Virus record (IMG/VR): IMGVR_UViG_3300042935_001795
Coordinates: 25,643-89,642 of that record
Direction: 5' to 3' (one strand)
Length of the DNA stretch: 64,000 nt
DNA from: a virus
Below are positions 15,926 through 24,953 of this stretch, piece after piece; position 1 is the first letter of the stretch; each line of letters starts with the position of its first letter. A program made the translations under genes and the position numbers. The notes beneath the pieces are model-generated. The model saw only the letters and a list, made by a program, of their open reading frames with translations. It was not told where the DNA came from and ran no database searches.

Positions 15926-17434
15926 TTATATATCCCCATCAAAATCCACTTTCTTTACAGTGTATTCAAATTTCTCTTGTTTGTATATTGATTGTCGCAC
16001 CTTTCCGTGCTTGTATAAATAATTATCCCATTCAACTGTTCTAATATCATCAACAAAATCAACAATTAACACCTTGTCTTTTGAGTGATGTTGTCTCAAC
16101 CCCCGTCCAATTGATTGTCTAATAATCACTTCTGACTTGAATGATTCTGTGAAAAATATGTTGTGGATTTTCTTGATTGAAATACCTGTAGAGAATGTTC
16201 CAAAACTTGCAACAATTACAATTTCCTCTCCAGCCTCCATCTTCTTTTTGTATTCCTCTCGGATTTCTGAGGCCGTACCACCATCAACATAAAATACTCG
16301 TTTGTTGCTCTCTTGCCTTAACTTTTCATATAGTCTCTGGCCATGTTCGATTCGATGAAAAAGTACTAATGAGTTCCTAGGAACTCTTGCAATTACGTTT
16401 GAAATAAAATTAAGTCTTGCCTCACTAGTGATTACAAAGTTTTGTTCCAATGAGAACACATCTTTATTTTCATATCGGTTTTGGGCTAATTCCATAAAGG
16501 CTGTTCGCTGCTTTGGAGTTGCATAGTTCATTTCAATAACCTTAACTACGCATTGCGCAATATGTCCTTGCTCTTGTAGAAAACTTGCCTTAACCTCACT
16601 AATAACAGGTCCGGTTTGGCTCATTAGGGTTAATTTGTCAAGTGTTCCATCTTTTGGAATTGTACCTGAAAGTCCAAACCTATATTTGGCATTAACGCAC
16701 TTGCTCAGGATTTCTTTAATACTTGCTCCTTTTGCCTTGTGAGTTTCATCAACAATAACTGCGTCGAACTCTGCAAAATAGGCAGCGTCTTTTTTAATCA
16801 ATGATTGATAGGTCCCAATAATTATATTTTTGTTCTTTTTAACCTCTTGTCCTGCAAATATTTGTTGGATTCTTAGGTCAATTCTATTTTTACAATTATA
16901 TTCATGGAAATCTTCATGGGCTTGTACAACCAATGAAACATTTGGTACAATAAAAAGAATCCGTTGGGCATGTCCTTTTTCAAGCATGTATGCAACGGTC
17001 ATGAAGCTAATAAGTGTCTTACCTGCTGAAGTTGCAAGTTCTGCTAGACACTTTCTAAATTTTAAAATGTTATATGCAGTTTCTATTTGATAATCACGAG
17101 GTGTAAACTGTGAACCTTTAAAGAATTCTAGAGCCCATTCCTCAAACTGTTCTGCATTAATATTGGAGTCAATAAGCCTCTTAATACCCTCGATTTTAAG
17201 TTCATATCGGTATTCTTTACATATTGTCATAACATGACGCCAAAGTCCGGCTGGAATCCATTTATCATCTTTAATATATGATACGTATCCATCCCAAACT
17301 CCGCGTTTTACTAGAGGGTGAAACCTCCAGCTTTCTATTCTTTTGGTCAGAGAGATTCTAATCTGCTCTAACTCAATTTCAGATGCTTCATCAATTCTTA
17401 AAAATTGATTGTCATCCGTTAATGTTAAAATCAA
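15926..17434 (-). CDS. uvsW: UvsW-like SF2 DNA helicase
   Basis: PRDYQ, ATSAGKT, DETH, GLSGT, STGISI and QSIGRGLR. N-terminal WDG typical of T4 UvsW. Confidence 0.92.
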   Translation of the reverse strand: MILTLTDDNQFLRIDEASEIELEQIRISLTKRIESWRFHPLVKRGVWDGYVSYIKDDKWIPAGLWRHVMTICKEYRYELKIEGIKRLIDSNINAEQFEEWALEFFKGSQFTPRDYQIETAYNILKFRKCLAELATSAGKTLISFMTVAYMLEKGHAQRILFIVPNVSLVVQAHEDFHEYNCKNRIDLRIQQIFAGQEVKKNKNIIIGTYQSLIKKDAAYFAEFDAVIVDETHKAKGASIKEILSKCVNAKYRFGLSGTIPKDGTLDKLTLMSQTGPVISEVKASFLQEQGHIAQCVVKVIEMNYATPKQRTAFMELAQNRYENKDVFSLEQNFVITSEARLNFISNVIARVPRNSLVLFHRIEHGQRLYEKLRQESNKRVFYVDGGTASEIREEYKKKMEAGEEIVIVASFGTFSTGISIKKIHNIFFTESFKSEVIIRQSIGRGLRQHHSKDKVLIVDFVDDIRTVEWDNYLYKHGKVRQSIYKQEKFEYTVKKVDFDGDI

Positions 17435-17450
17435 ATCTCATTTGATATTT

Positions 17451-17879
17451 TTATAAACGACTAATGTCCAACCTGTTTTTGATTGCAAAGCCCATGTTGT
17501 CGAGTGTTTTAATTGATCCCTCAAAAAAACTTTTTTGAGTCACTAATAACTCAAGGATATTTGTATCGTCTGCGATGTCTGCATCGACGAATTTTTCGCG
17601 CATTTTATCGGTGAGTTTATAGTCATAACTATAATACTCAATCCATTTATCTTTATACTTTCGGTCTACTACTGATTTTTGGGTTTTGATTCTATTACCC
17701 ATGGTTGCTAGGTGTTCAACCAATATTTGTCGATAACTAAGTGTGAATGCACTTACACTCTCTAAATTGTTACCTAATTTAAGTTCCTCAGTTAGACCTT
17801 TTATTTTTTGGGTCCAATCTTCTCTTTGTTTAATTAAGTATTCATCAAGTTGTGTTATCTTGTCTTTGACATCTGTCAT
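17451..17879 (-). CDS. uvsY: UvsY-like recombination mediator
   Basis: 142 aa helical protein ending IKTLDNMGFAIKNRLD, adjacent to uvsW. Confidence 0.7.
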   Translation of the reverse strand: MTDVKDKITQLDEYLIKQREDWTQKIKGLTEELKLGNNLESVSAFTLSYRQILVEHLATMGNRIKTQKSVVDRKYKDKWIEYYSYDYKLTDKMREKFVDADIADDTNILELLVTQKSFFEGSIKTLDNMGFAIKNRLDISRL

Positions 17880-17891
17880 ATACTGTGCTTT

Positions 17892-18110
17892 TTAAAAAAG
17901 TGAATTTCCTTTATTGTTTTCCTTAATGAACACTGAACTTTTTAACCGGGACTTTAACCTTGGCTTAGTCATTTTAAATTCTTTTTCAGTGTGGGAATAT
18001 TTTGATGTACTAAAATCTAGCATCATCTTAATATTCTTTCTTTTGTTTTTTTCGTTTTCAAAATCTTCGAATTCTTGGGCAACCATTTCTAAAAAATCTA
18101 TTTTTATCAT
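17892..18110 (-). CDS. Hypothetical protein
   Basis: 72 aa ORF with an ATGA overlap on the primase stop. Confidence 0.6.
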   Translation of the reverse strand: MIKIDFLEMVAQEFEDFENEKNKRKNIKMMLDFSTSKYSHTEKEFKMTKPRLKSRLKSSVFIKENNKGNSLF

Positions 18111-19231
18111 AGGTAATATGCATCTAGTCGAGAGTTAGTAAAATACTTTTGAATCTGTGCTAAGCATTTATTTTTTGTTAGCCAAGACGCGATCACCAAA
18201 TCGTTTAAATCACCTATTTGTTTAGGATATTTATCTCTTTCATCTTTGTTCAATTTTTGCAAAAAGTCTTCCCAGTCCTTGTCAATTTTTGTATCTTTAA
18301 AGAACTTCTCCCATGTAAATATTTGTTTGCCTCTTCGAATTTTCTCCATCATCTTCTTTTTACCGGTAGTATCGTTATCAAACATATATCGTATTGTAGG
18401 TATCTCATCAAATTCAAGGGTTGAACGACCTGCTGTTGCTAATCCAATTGAATTCTGCATAAACATTGCATCAATAGGTCCTTCAAACATTGTAACTTCA
18501 CGTTCAAAGTCAACTGTCATTACTCCAAAAAGGGTTGAAAGTTTCTTAACGCCAATCAATTCTTCATCAGTCAGCACAATCTCCCGTTGAATCTCTTGAT
18601 ACATCTTCTCAAGGTCATAAGTTAAATAACGAGAATTAGAACGCTTGTCGATTGAACGAGTTTGAAAGCCGATAACTTTATCATTTGGTGCTATATTGAG
18701 AACCACAATTCTTTTATCTTTAGGCGAATACATAAAACGATTCATCTGTGAAGCCAATAATCTATTTTTAAGATAAAAAAATGCAGGGTCTCCTGGTTCG
18801 ACTTCTTTAAATTTAAACCATTCCATAAGTTCTACTCTTGTAGGAGCCATATCGTAAGTCAATTTAAAAACATCATGTTCAAGTACTTCAATTTCATTAG
18901 TTTCCATTTTATGCTCTTGAATATAGTCAATAACTTGAATAGAATCATCGGTACTTTGAAATTTTATATGATGGTCTTTTAATAATTGGTATGCATTTGA
19001 ATGGACGCCGCAGTTAAAACAATGGAATTGTAAGGTGTCCCAGTAGAGATTTCCACGCTTCTTTTTATGGTCAGTAGTCGAGTCACCACAATAAGGACAT
19101 GCCATTGTAATTCTACCTGGCATCTCTTTAATCATATGCTTGCTTGGCTCGTGGTGAGCTTTTACAATTGCTTGTTTTACCAAGCTCCTGATTTTTATCT
19201 TTAAATCTTCTGTGATTTTTTGACTCTGCAT
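18107..19231 (-). CDS. DNA primase (T4 gp61-like)
   Basis: Zinc finger CPYCGDS...HCFNC and TOPRIM FEGPIDAMF, FDND, DLND. Confidence 0.92.
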   Translation of the reverse strand: MQSQKITEDLKIKIRSLVKQAIVKAHHEPSKHMIKEMPGRITMACPYCGDSTTDHKKKRGNLYWDTLQFHCFNCGVHSNAYQLLKDHHIKFQSTDDSIQVIDYIQEHKMETNEIEVLEHDVFKLTYDMAPTRVELMEWFKFKEVEPGDPAFFYLKNRLLASQMNRFMYSPKDKRIVVLNIAPNDKVIGFQTRSIDKRSNSRYLTYDLEKMYQEIQREIVLTDEELIGVKKLSTLFGVMTVDFEREVTMFEGPIDAMFMQNSIGLATAGRSTLEFDEIPTIRYMFDNDTTGKKKMMEKIRRGKQIFTWEKFFKDTKIDKDWEDFLQKLNKDERDKYPKQIGDLNDLVIASWLTKNKCLAQIQKYFTNSRLDAYYL

Positions 19232-19235
19232 ACTA

Positions 19236-19274
19236 TTATATAGAAAAAAAGGGCTAAGTTTAATTAGCCCTTTA
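19236..19274 (-). terminator. gp32 terminator overlapping a class II promoter (TTAAAC-N17-TATAA) for the primase gene
   Basis: AAAGGGCTAA/TTAGCCCTTT hairpin with a T7 run. TTAAAC 19263-19258, TATAA 19240-19236. Confidence 0.65.
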
Positions 19275-19293
19275 GTTTATAAAATAACTTTGA

Positions 19294-20220
19294 TTAAATA
19301 TCTAAGTCGTTCAAGAATGAATCTAAGTCATCAGATGAATCTACATTAGTAGAACCTCCTGGAGTTCCTACCATTTCGGATGGGAATTCAAAGTCGCTAG
19401 ATTCTGAAGTTGGTTCAGATTTTGCTGGAGCTTTTTTAGCTGCAGGTTTTGAAATAACTGAATCTATTGAACTTCCTGGATTTAAGTAATTTCTAAGAAT
19501 AGAATTAACAAAATCAAGAGTTTCTCCGTCCCATGCTTTGTATTCGTATGGCTCTAGACTTGGAGCCGATTCCAATTCTGCTTTAATAGCACCCATTGAT
19601 TCAGGAGTACGTGTTGCACCTTTACCATCAATTTCAACTGGTGAAGTTTTTGAAGAGAATTTTGATTTATCGTAGTTGTTAAATTCTCCTTGTCTTGTGA
19701 TAATCAATTCGAAGTTTTTACCTGCAAATAGGTCAAATACTTGAGTTGGTTCACCAAATGCTGGTTTTAATTCCTCATCAATTTTCTCTTTGATTTTGTA
19801 ACCAAATTTGAAAACTTTGTATTGTCCTTCTAGTTCAGGATTTTGTGGGTCTTTAATAATTTTAATAAGTGCAAAGTATTGCTCACGTCTTTTAAGTTTA
19901 TCACTCATTTTACGGTCAACTGCTGAGTCACTTTTACGTAACTTAAAGAATACGTCTGCGATAGGACATGGAGCTCCAATTGTCGATGGAGAATCTACCA
20001 TTTTACCGTCACCATTAGCATTAGTTAGCCAATGTACGTATTTTTTCACTAAAGAGTTTCGTGGGTTTGTTGGGTTTGGAACAAAGCGAATCATTGCTTT
20101 ATAAGTTCCATCCTTACCGTCATCTGCGGTAGGTTTGTAAAGATCGCTTCCAGATGAAGCTTGTGTTTCGTGTGTGTCGACGTCATTTACGCCAAGATTA
20201 AAAATGTCAAAATCTGCCAT
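19294..20220 (-). CDS. Single-stranded DNA-binding protein (T4 gp32-like)
   Basis: IRFVP, CPI, KR..Y, IIKDP.NPELEG, FKFG.KI, NYDKSKF and the acidic tail DDLDSFLNDL. Confidence 0.93.
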   Translation of the reverse strand: MADFDIFNLGVNDVDTHETQASSGSDLYKPTADDGKDGTYKAMIRFVPNPTNPRNSLVKKYVHWLTNANGDGKMVDSPSTIGAPCPIADVFFKLRKSDSAVDRKMSDKLKRREQYFALIKIIKDPQNPELEGQYKVFKFGYKIKEKIDEELKPAFGEPTQVFDLFAGKNFELIITRQGEFNNYDKSKFSSKTSPVEIDGKGATRTPESMGAIKAELESAPSLEPYEYKAWDGETLDFVNSILRNYLNPGSSIDSVISKPAAKKAPAKSEPTSESSDFEFPSEMVGTPGGSTNVDSSDDLDSFLNDLDI

Positions 20221-20222
20221 GT

Positions 20223-20287
20223 CTTTAATTGCTTTAATTTAGTTAAACTTTAATTTAATAAGTCTTAAGGGCCCTTTAATTACTTAT
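20223..20287 (-). promoter_or_regulatory. Putative gp32 translational operator (4x AATTAAAG plus 5' hairpin)
   Basis: AATTAAAG at 20223-30, 20232-39, 20248-55 and 20274-81. The last lies within an ATAAGT...AAGGGCCCTT...ACTTAT hairpin. Confidence 0.5.
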
Positions 20288-20309
20288 GATAATTATATAG
20301 AAACTATCT

Positions 20310-20421
20310 TTTTTGTTTCAAGAATCTATATGAATTATATATCTTTTTTATTAGGGAAACCTGTCCCTGAAGACATAAAGTTACCTTCTTAAAATATTTT
20401 TTAAGATTCTTGAAACAAAAA
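20310..20421. repeat. 18-bp perfect inverted repeat carrying back-to-back TGAAAC promoter boxes
   Basis: tttttgtttcaagaatct (20310-20327) and agattcttgaaacaaaaa (20404-20421). Confidence 0.85.
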
Positions 20422-20448
20422 CTCATACGTTGAATATAACTAAAGTCT

Positions 20449-21105
20449 TTAAGCCTCCGGGTAAAATAGAGTCCGGGCTAAGTGGTTCAGAAAATAGGCA
20501 TCCACCAAATCATCTAAAGGTTTTGGGACTTTTTTAGTCTCTCCGATGTGGGTTTTACAGTATTCAAGCAGTGACGAGGATTCAAGCACTGAATCGTTTA
20601 AAACGTTATCCAGGAATTTAACCCAAAGTTCATCCTTCTTCATGTTACCCTTACCTGCATGTTTCTTAATCGTCGAAGGCGCGATGGTCATCATATCTTG
20701 GACTTTAAGCCTCGACATTAACTCCATCTTTAGGATTGCAGCTCCAGCCGCCATATCAATAATATTATTAGTTCCACCTGAAGAACCATAAGAGGAACCT
20801 TCAAAGGCAATCACAAAAGGTGAATCATCGCCTGCAATTTCAATAATCATATTAATAATGTCACTTGCAGTCTGGGTGTGTCGCTGGATTTTAATCATCT
20901 CGCTTTTAGAATAGGCCTCGTTATTCGTCCAATCCGGCTGATGAGTAATCCTGGTATCTTCAAGCAAGTCTAATTCTTGTTGAAGTTTCTGTTCGGCTTT
21001 GGTGCCTGTGTTTGGTTTTAAATACCCAATAAAATAGTACTTGTTCTCTGAGAAGATACAAATACCTGGTGAATTTAGGGAAAAGTCAATTGTTACGAAA
21101 TTCAT
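20449..21105 (-). CDS. RuvC-like Holliday junction resolvase
   Basis: RNase H-fold acidic set: VTIDFSLNSPG, IAFEG, PSTIKKHAGKGN.KK and DDLVDAY. Confidence 0.85.
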   Translation of the reverse strand: MNFVTIDFSLNSPGICIFSENKYYFIGYLKPNTGTKAEQKLQQELDLLEDTRITHQPDWTNNEAYSKSEMIKIQRHTQTASDIINMIIEIAGDDSPFVIAFEGSSYGSSGGTNNIIDMAAGAAILKMELMSRLKVQDMMTIAPSTIKKHAGKGNMKKDELWVKFLDNVLNDSVLESSSLLEYCKTHIGETKKVPKPLDDLVDAYFLNHLARTLFYPEA

Positions 21106-21474
21106 TTAGATTTTACTACCAAGAGAAGAACCAAGAGCGGCTCCTACTAGTCTTGAGGTTAACATATCATACATTATACCACTTTGGATTCCTAAGATAT
21201 TGGCAATAGTTTTACCAACAGTTTTACCAAGAGCGAAACCTGCAAGTCCACCAAAGATACTACCTAAAATACCTTCATTAGTAATCTCTTCATTGAATGC
21301 TTGGATATTATAAGTTCCATCTACGTTTTTATACGTCTTTGAAAATTGCTCTAGGGCTGAGTCAACTTTAGCTTCAAGTTCTTCGGTCCATTCGGTTTGA
21401 AGGGATTCGTTTAAGACCTGTAGTTCTGTCTCCGTTATGTCTTGTTCTGCTATGTAATCTAAAAATGTTTTCAT
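21106..21474 (-). CDS. Tagged small protein with an acidic pro-region and a glycine-zipper hydrophobic C-terminus
   Basis: MKTFLDYIAE start, then ITNE followed by GILGSIFGGLAGFALG. Confidence 0.7.
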   Translation of the reverse strand: MKTFLDYIAEQDITETELQVLNESLQTEWTEELEAKVDSALEQFSKTYKNVDGTYNIQAFNEEITNEGILGSIFGGLAGFALGKTVGKTIANILGIQSGIMYDMLTSRLVGAALGSSLGSKI

Positions 21475-21476
21475 GT

Positions 21477-22028
21477 TTAATCTATTTCTAATATTATATT
21501 AAATTTGTTATAGTAAAAATTCAGGTCAAATGTTGTAAATTCTGCAATATTTGAACTCATATTAAGTTCTAAATCTGAAATTGAATTAAGTATTGGTTTT
21601 TCAAAAACAGCACTCATTAAGTGAATCCCCTCTGCATCCATTATTTGAAGCTTGATATCATTGATGAAAGGTTCTTTAACTGTCTTTGAATAATAATACA
21701 ATAAAGTGTCCTGCATAATCCAGTAATTTATATAACCATCTAAGAGTTGCATTGTTACTTTAAACTGTCTATCAATCGTATTCTGGATTGGAATTGAACC
21801 TCTGTGATATGTTATTGTACCATCATTTGGCGAAACTTCAATCGGGTCAAAACTAATTCCTGGAAGACCAACACCTTGTATCGAATAGTTTATAAAATCG
21901 ATAGGTTCTGTAATTAAATTACCTGGTATTCTATTCAAATACTTCTTATATTTATCAGCAACCTCTTTAGGAATAAAAGTCCTAGGAAACTTAAAATTGA
22001 ATAAATTATTTCTACTATTTAATATCAT
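21477..22028 (-). CDS. Tail tube-fold protein (gp3/gp19-like tail completion)
   Basis: FNFKF...IQGVGLPGISF...F.VT...W...LQIMD...F..P...ISDLEL...FDLNF.Y pattern. Confidence 0.6.
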   Translation of the reverse strand: MILNSRNNLFNFKFPRTFIPKEVADKYKKYLNRIPGNLITEPIDFINYSIQGVGLPGISFDPIEVSPNDGTITYHRGSIPIQNTIDRQFKVTMQLLDGYINYWIMQDTLLYYYSKTVKEPFINDIKLQIMDAEGIHLMSAVFEKPILNSISDLELNMSSNIAEFTTFDLNFYYNKFNIILEID

Positions 22029-24103
22029 TATATGATGTTTACGTTTCCGTAGTAAAGCAGTGACTCAGTACTTCCGTTTTTAATATTAATATAAAATTTG
22101 TCTGCAAATTGATTTGTATCGCTTTGGTCAAATCGTACTGCTACACTTTTTGGAACTTTAAAGAAAACTTCTCCAACTCCTAAATCGACTCCTGGAAAAC
22201 TAGGATCGTGGGATATTTGTTGTTCAATAGTTCCACTCTTAATAATAAGTATCAAATCCTCAGCATTAACTAGACTTATACTCTTCATAGAGTCTCCATC
22301 AGGTTGGGCAACTTTAAATTTAATATAATTATCAGAAACCTTTGAAAGATTAATAATCCCATCTCCTTCTTTTTTATAATCCATTGAAGTTGTATCATTT
22401 ACTGCAGCGCCATCCACCGTTACTTGAGTACTGCCTCCCATAATTCTATAAGTATCAAGGGCGACAGGAACGTATTTAGTTTCTCCAACGCTAGGTCTTA
22501 TAGAATTTACAAATTGATTAAGTTCTCTATTAACACTAGTATTTGGTAAGGTATTATAGACCACACTTGGAGCAAAATTAGAATTAAGGGCCAATTTTAA
22601 TAATTTCTTACCATATTTTTTAGGTTGTGCATATATTAAAGAAGCCGTCTTTACTATTTGAGTATTATCGGTTTCATTGTAAATTCTCATATTGACGGAT
22701 AATAAGAAGTTACTTGACACTGAAGAGTTTAAAATAACTGGTCGGAATACAATAGCTTCATCATAATTCGAAGTCTGTGTAAAAGTATTATTAAACGTAT
22801 TAATATAATTAAGACCTAATTGTTCTGCGACTTGAACTTCGTAAAATATGGTAATGTCATCTCCGGAAGTTGCAATTCTTCCAGTTATATAATTTTCAAA
22901 TGCTGGTTGATTCCCATTATAAGTCCCATAGATTTTAAAATAATCTCCATCCGTAGCATGTTCAACATTAATTGAAATATCTGTATATTCATCTTCTTGC
23001 GCTAATATTAATGATTTTCCTTCAGCAACATTAATATAATCATAACCTCCAAGATTAACTTTGCTATCAATTAATTTAAAATCAAACTCATAATTTGCAG
23101 TTGTTGGAATAGAATTTGTTCCAGATGCTCCAAAGAAGGTGTTTTTAAATAATTGATTTTTACTTGTACCGGCTGGAAACATTTCAACTAATGAAGGAAC
23201 CTTTATTTCAATATATTTAGAATATGAAGACTCTCCTAATATAAATGGATTTGGGTTTTGAATTTCAAAATTTGAAGTGTTTAAATAAACAGTTGAATTA
23301 AAATAATTATAAACTCCAGAGTTTCTTTTAACTTTAGTTTGGAATAAGAATCCATCGTAACCTCTACCACTAAAAGAGTACCCTGTTCTTAAGTGTAATC
23401 TAATAGTGTCATACAAAACTGCCGGAACAACCGCATCATCTACTATTTGCAAATTAGAATCAGATCCTAACCATTCGGCAGAATCTAAATAGTCCAATCC
23501 ATTTCCAAGAAGTGCCCATGTACTTGCTTCATCTGTTGGAACTGCATAGTATCTACCAGACTGTCCTGCTCCGGTTCTAATATCATTTCCAGTGTCTGCT
23601 AATGGAACTGAAAATAAGGAACTTGCACGATTTGAAACTTGAATTTCACCTCCAGTAAATTGGGTTCCTGCTAGATTAGTATATTCATATGCATATTTTC
23701 CATTAGTAGTTGGCGTATAAATGTAAGTATACGTTGATCCTGATTGTGATAAATATCCATTTCCTCCAGGAATAGTAAATCCTGATTTTTTATTAATACT
23801 AACATCACTTAAATCAAATTTATAAGTACTTCCATTTTTTAACAATAACATACGAGATGCAAAATTATTAATAACAACATATCCATTCGATGTTGTTACT
23901 GTAAACTCTACAACATCTGCACCCAGTTCATGTATTAAAAATCTTGACGCACTTGTATTACCATCTACTGTATCTAAATACTTGATTTGACTCCCATTAT
24001 TATCGTTCTCAATTTTGACCAAATCAGGTGTCGATTGGTCATGATACATGAATTCTAATAATACGTCGTCGTCTAATTTAACGAACCTTGATGATTTTGC
24101 CAT
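22028..24103 (-). CDS. Putative virion structural protein
   Basis: 691 aa, beta-rich, lying within the tail module. Confidence 0.6.
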   Translation of the reverse strand: MAKSSRFVKLDDDVLLEFMYHDQSTPDLVKIENDNNGSQIKYLDTVDGNTSASRFLIHELGADVVEFTVTTSNGYVVINNFASRMLLLKNGSTYKFDLSDVSINKKSGFTIPGGNGYLSQSGSTYTYIYTPTTNGKYAYEYTNLAGTQFTGGEIQVSNRASSLFSVPLADTGNDIRTGAGQSGRYYAVPTDEASTWALLGNGLDYLDSAEWLGSDSNLQIVDDAVVPAVLYDTIRLHLRTGYSFSGRGYDGFLFQTKVKRNSGVYNYFNSTVYLNTSNFEIQNPNPFILGESSYSKYIEIKVPSLVEMFPAGTSKNQLFKNTFFGASGTNSIPTTANYEFDFKLIDSKVNLGGYDYINVAEGKSLILAQEDEYTDISINVEHATDGDYFKIYGTYNGNQPAFENYITGRIATSGDDITIFYEVQVAEQLGLNYINTFNNTFTQTSNYDEAIVFRPVILNSSVSSNFLLSVNMRIYNETDNTQIVKTASLIYAQPKKYGKKLLKLALNSNFAPSVVYNTLPNTSVNRELNQFVNSIRPSVGETKYVPVALDTYRIMGGSTQVTVDGAAVNDTTSMDYKKEGDGIINLSKVSDNYIKFKVAQPDGDSMKSISLVNAEDLILIIKSGTIEQQISHDPSFPGVDLGVGEVFFKVPKSVAVRFDQSDTNQFADKFYINIKNGSTESLLYYGNVNII

Positions 24104-24117
24104 TACTCTATAATTTT

Positions 24118-24933
24118 TTAAAACCTAAGCCATTTTGGAGACCATATAAGTCCTACATTTAATGAAGGTCCGATACTAACCACTTGATTATTGTTTAGGT
24201 TAATTCCATATCCAACTCCAACTCCGAGTGACCAACCTGATTTTTTCTCAAGTTTTTGGTTTAATTTGTCGTTAACTAAATTAATATTTTCAATATTAGT
24301 AAATAATACTCCAGGAGACGGTGATGTGATTTTTAATTTGTTAACACCTTCTTCGTTTATAATTGCAGCCTTAAGTTCAATTCCCTGCTCAAAGTTAAAT
24401 TTATTTGAAAGAACTGAGATATTATTAGTCTTTTTATTTCTTAAAAGGTCAACAGTTCCATTAAACTTACTCCAATTATATTTATCCCATTTTTTTTCAT
24501 TACTAATCGATATTGTCGCAGTTGAATCACTTGTTTGAACAACTGAACTTTGGGCATTAATAATAGAATCTTTTACTTTAATTTCGGCTCTTAGTAGAGA
24601 ATTTACTCCTTTAAGGTCTTTATTAAGACCCAAAGATTTTTGATACTTTCCAATAACCTCCTTATTTTCGGCAGTTAGAGTATTAATATCAAACTCATAG
24701 CCTAGTTTGATTGCAACTAGTTCGCCATTCTTATTTCTTTCAAATTTAATGGTATCTTGAGACGCTTTAAGATTATTATAATTTCGGGTTGCAACCTTTT
24801 GTGCATTTTCAGCGTCCTGTGTAAGAGTTGAATTTCGATCGCATTGATATGTTAATAATAAAACAAGAACTATTAGGACTATAAATTGTATAGTGTTCTT
24901 ATTTGTCGGAATGTATTTTTTAAAGTCTATCAT
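24118..24933 (-). CDS. Membrane-anchored coiled-coil protein, spanin-like candidate
   Basis: Start reassigned to MIDFKK (24933). N-terminal TM FIVLIVLVLLLTYQC, coiled coil, and C-terminal amphipathic beta strands ending in F. Confidence 0.55.
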   Translation of the reverse strand: MIDFKKYIPTNKNTIQFIVLIVLVLLLTYQCDRNSTLTQDAENAQKVATRNYNNLKASQDTIKFERNKNGELVAIKLGYEFDINTLTAENKEVIGKYQKSLGLNKDLKGVNSLLRAEIKVKDSIINAQSSVVQTSDSTATISISNEKKWDKYNWSKFNGTVDLLRNKKTNNISVLSNKFNFEQGIELKAAIINEEGVNKLKITSPSPGVLFTNIENINLVNDKLNQKLEKKSGWSLGVGVGYGINLNNNQVVSIGPSLNVGLIWSPKWLRF

Positions 24934-24953
24934 ATTAGTTATTGTATTTATTA

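Noticed and set aside
15926-21105. Introns, inteins or homing endonucleases in the replication genes
   Set aside because: UvsW, primase, gp32 and resolvase have normal lengths, with no intein termini or HNH, GIY-YIG or LAGLIDADG motifs.
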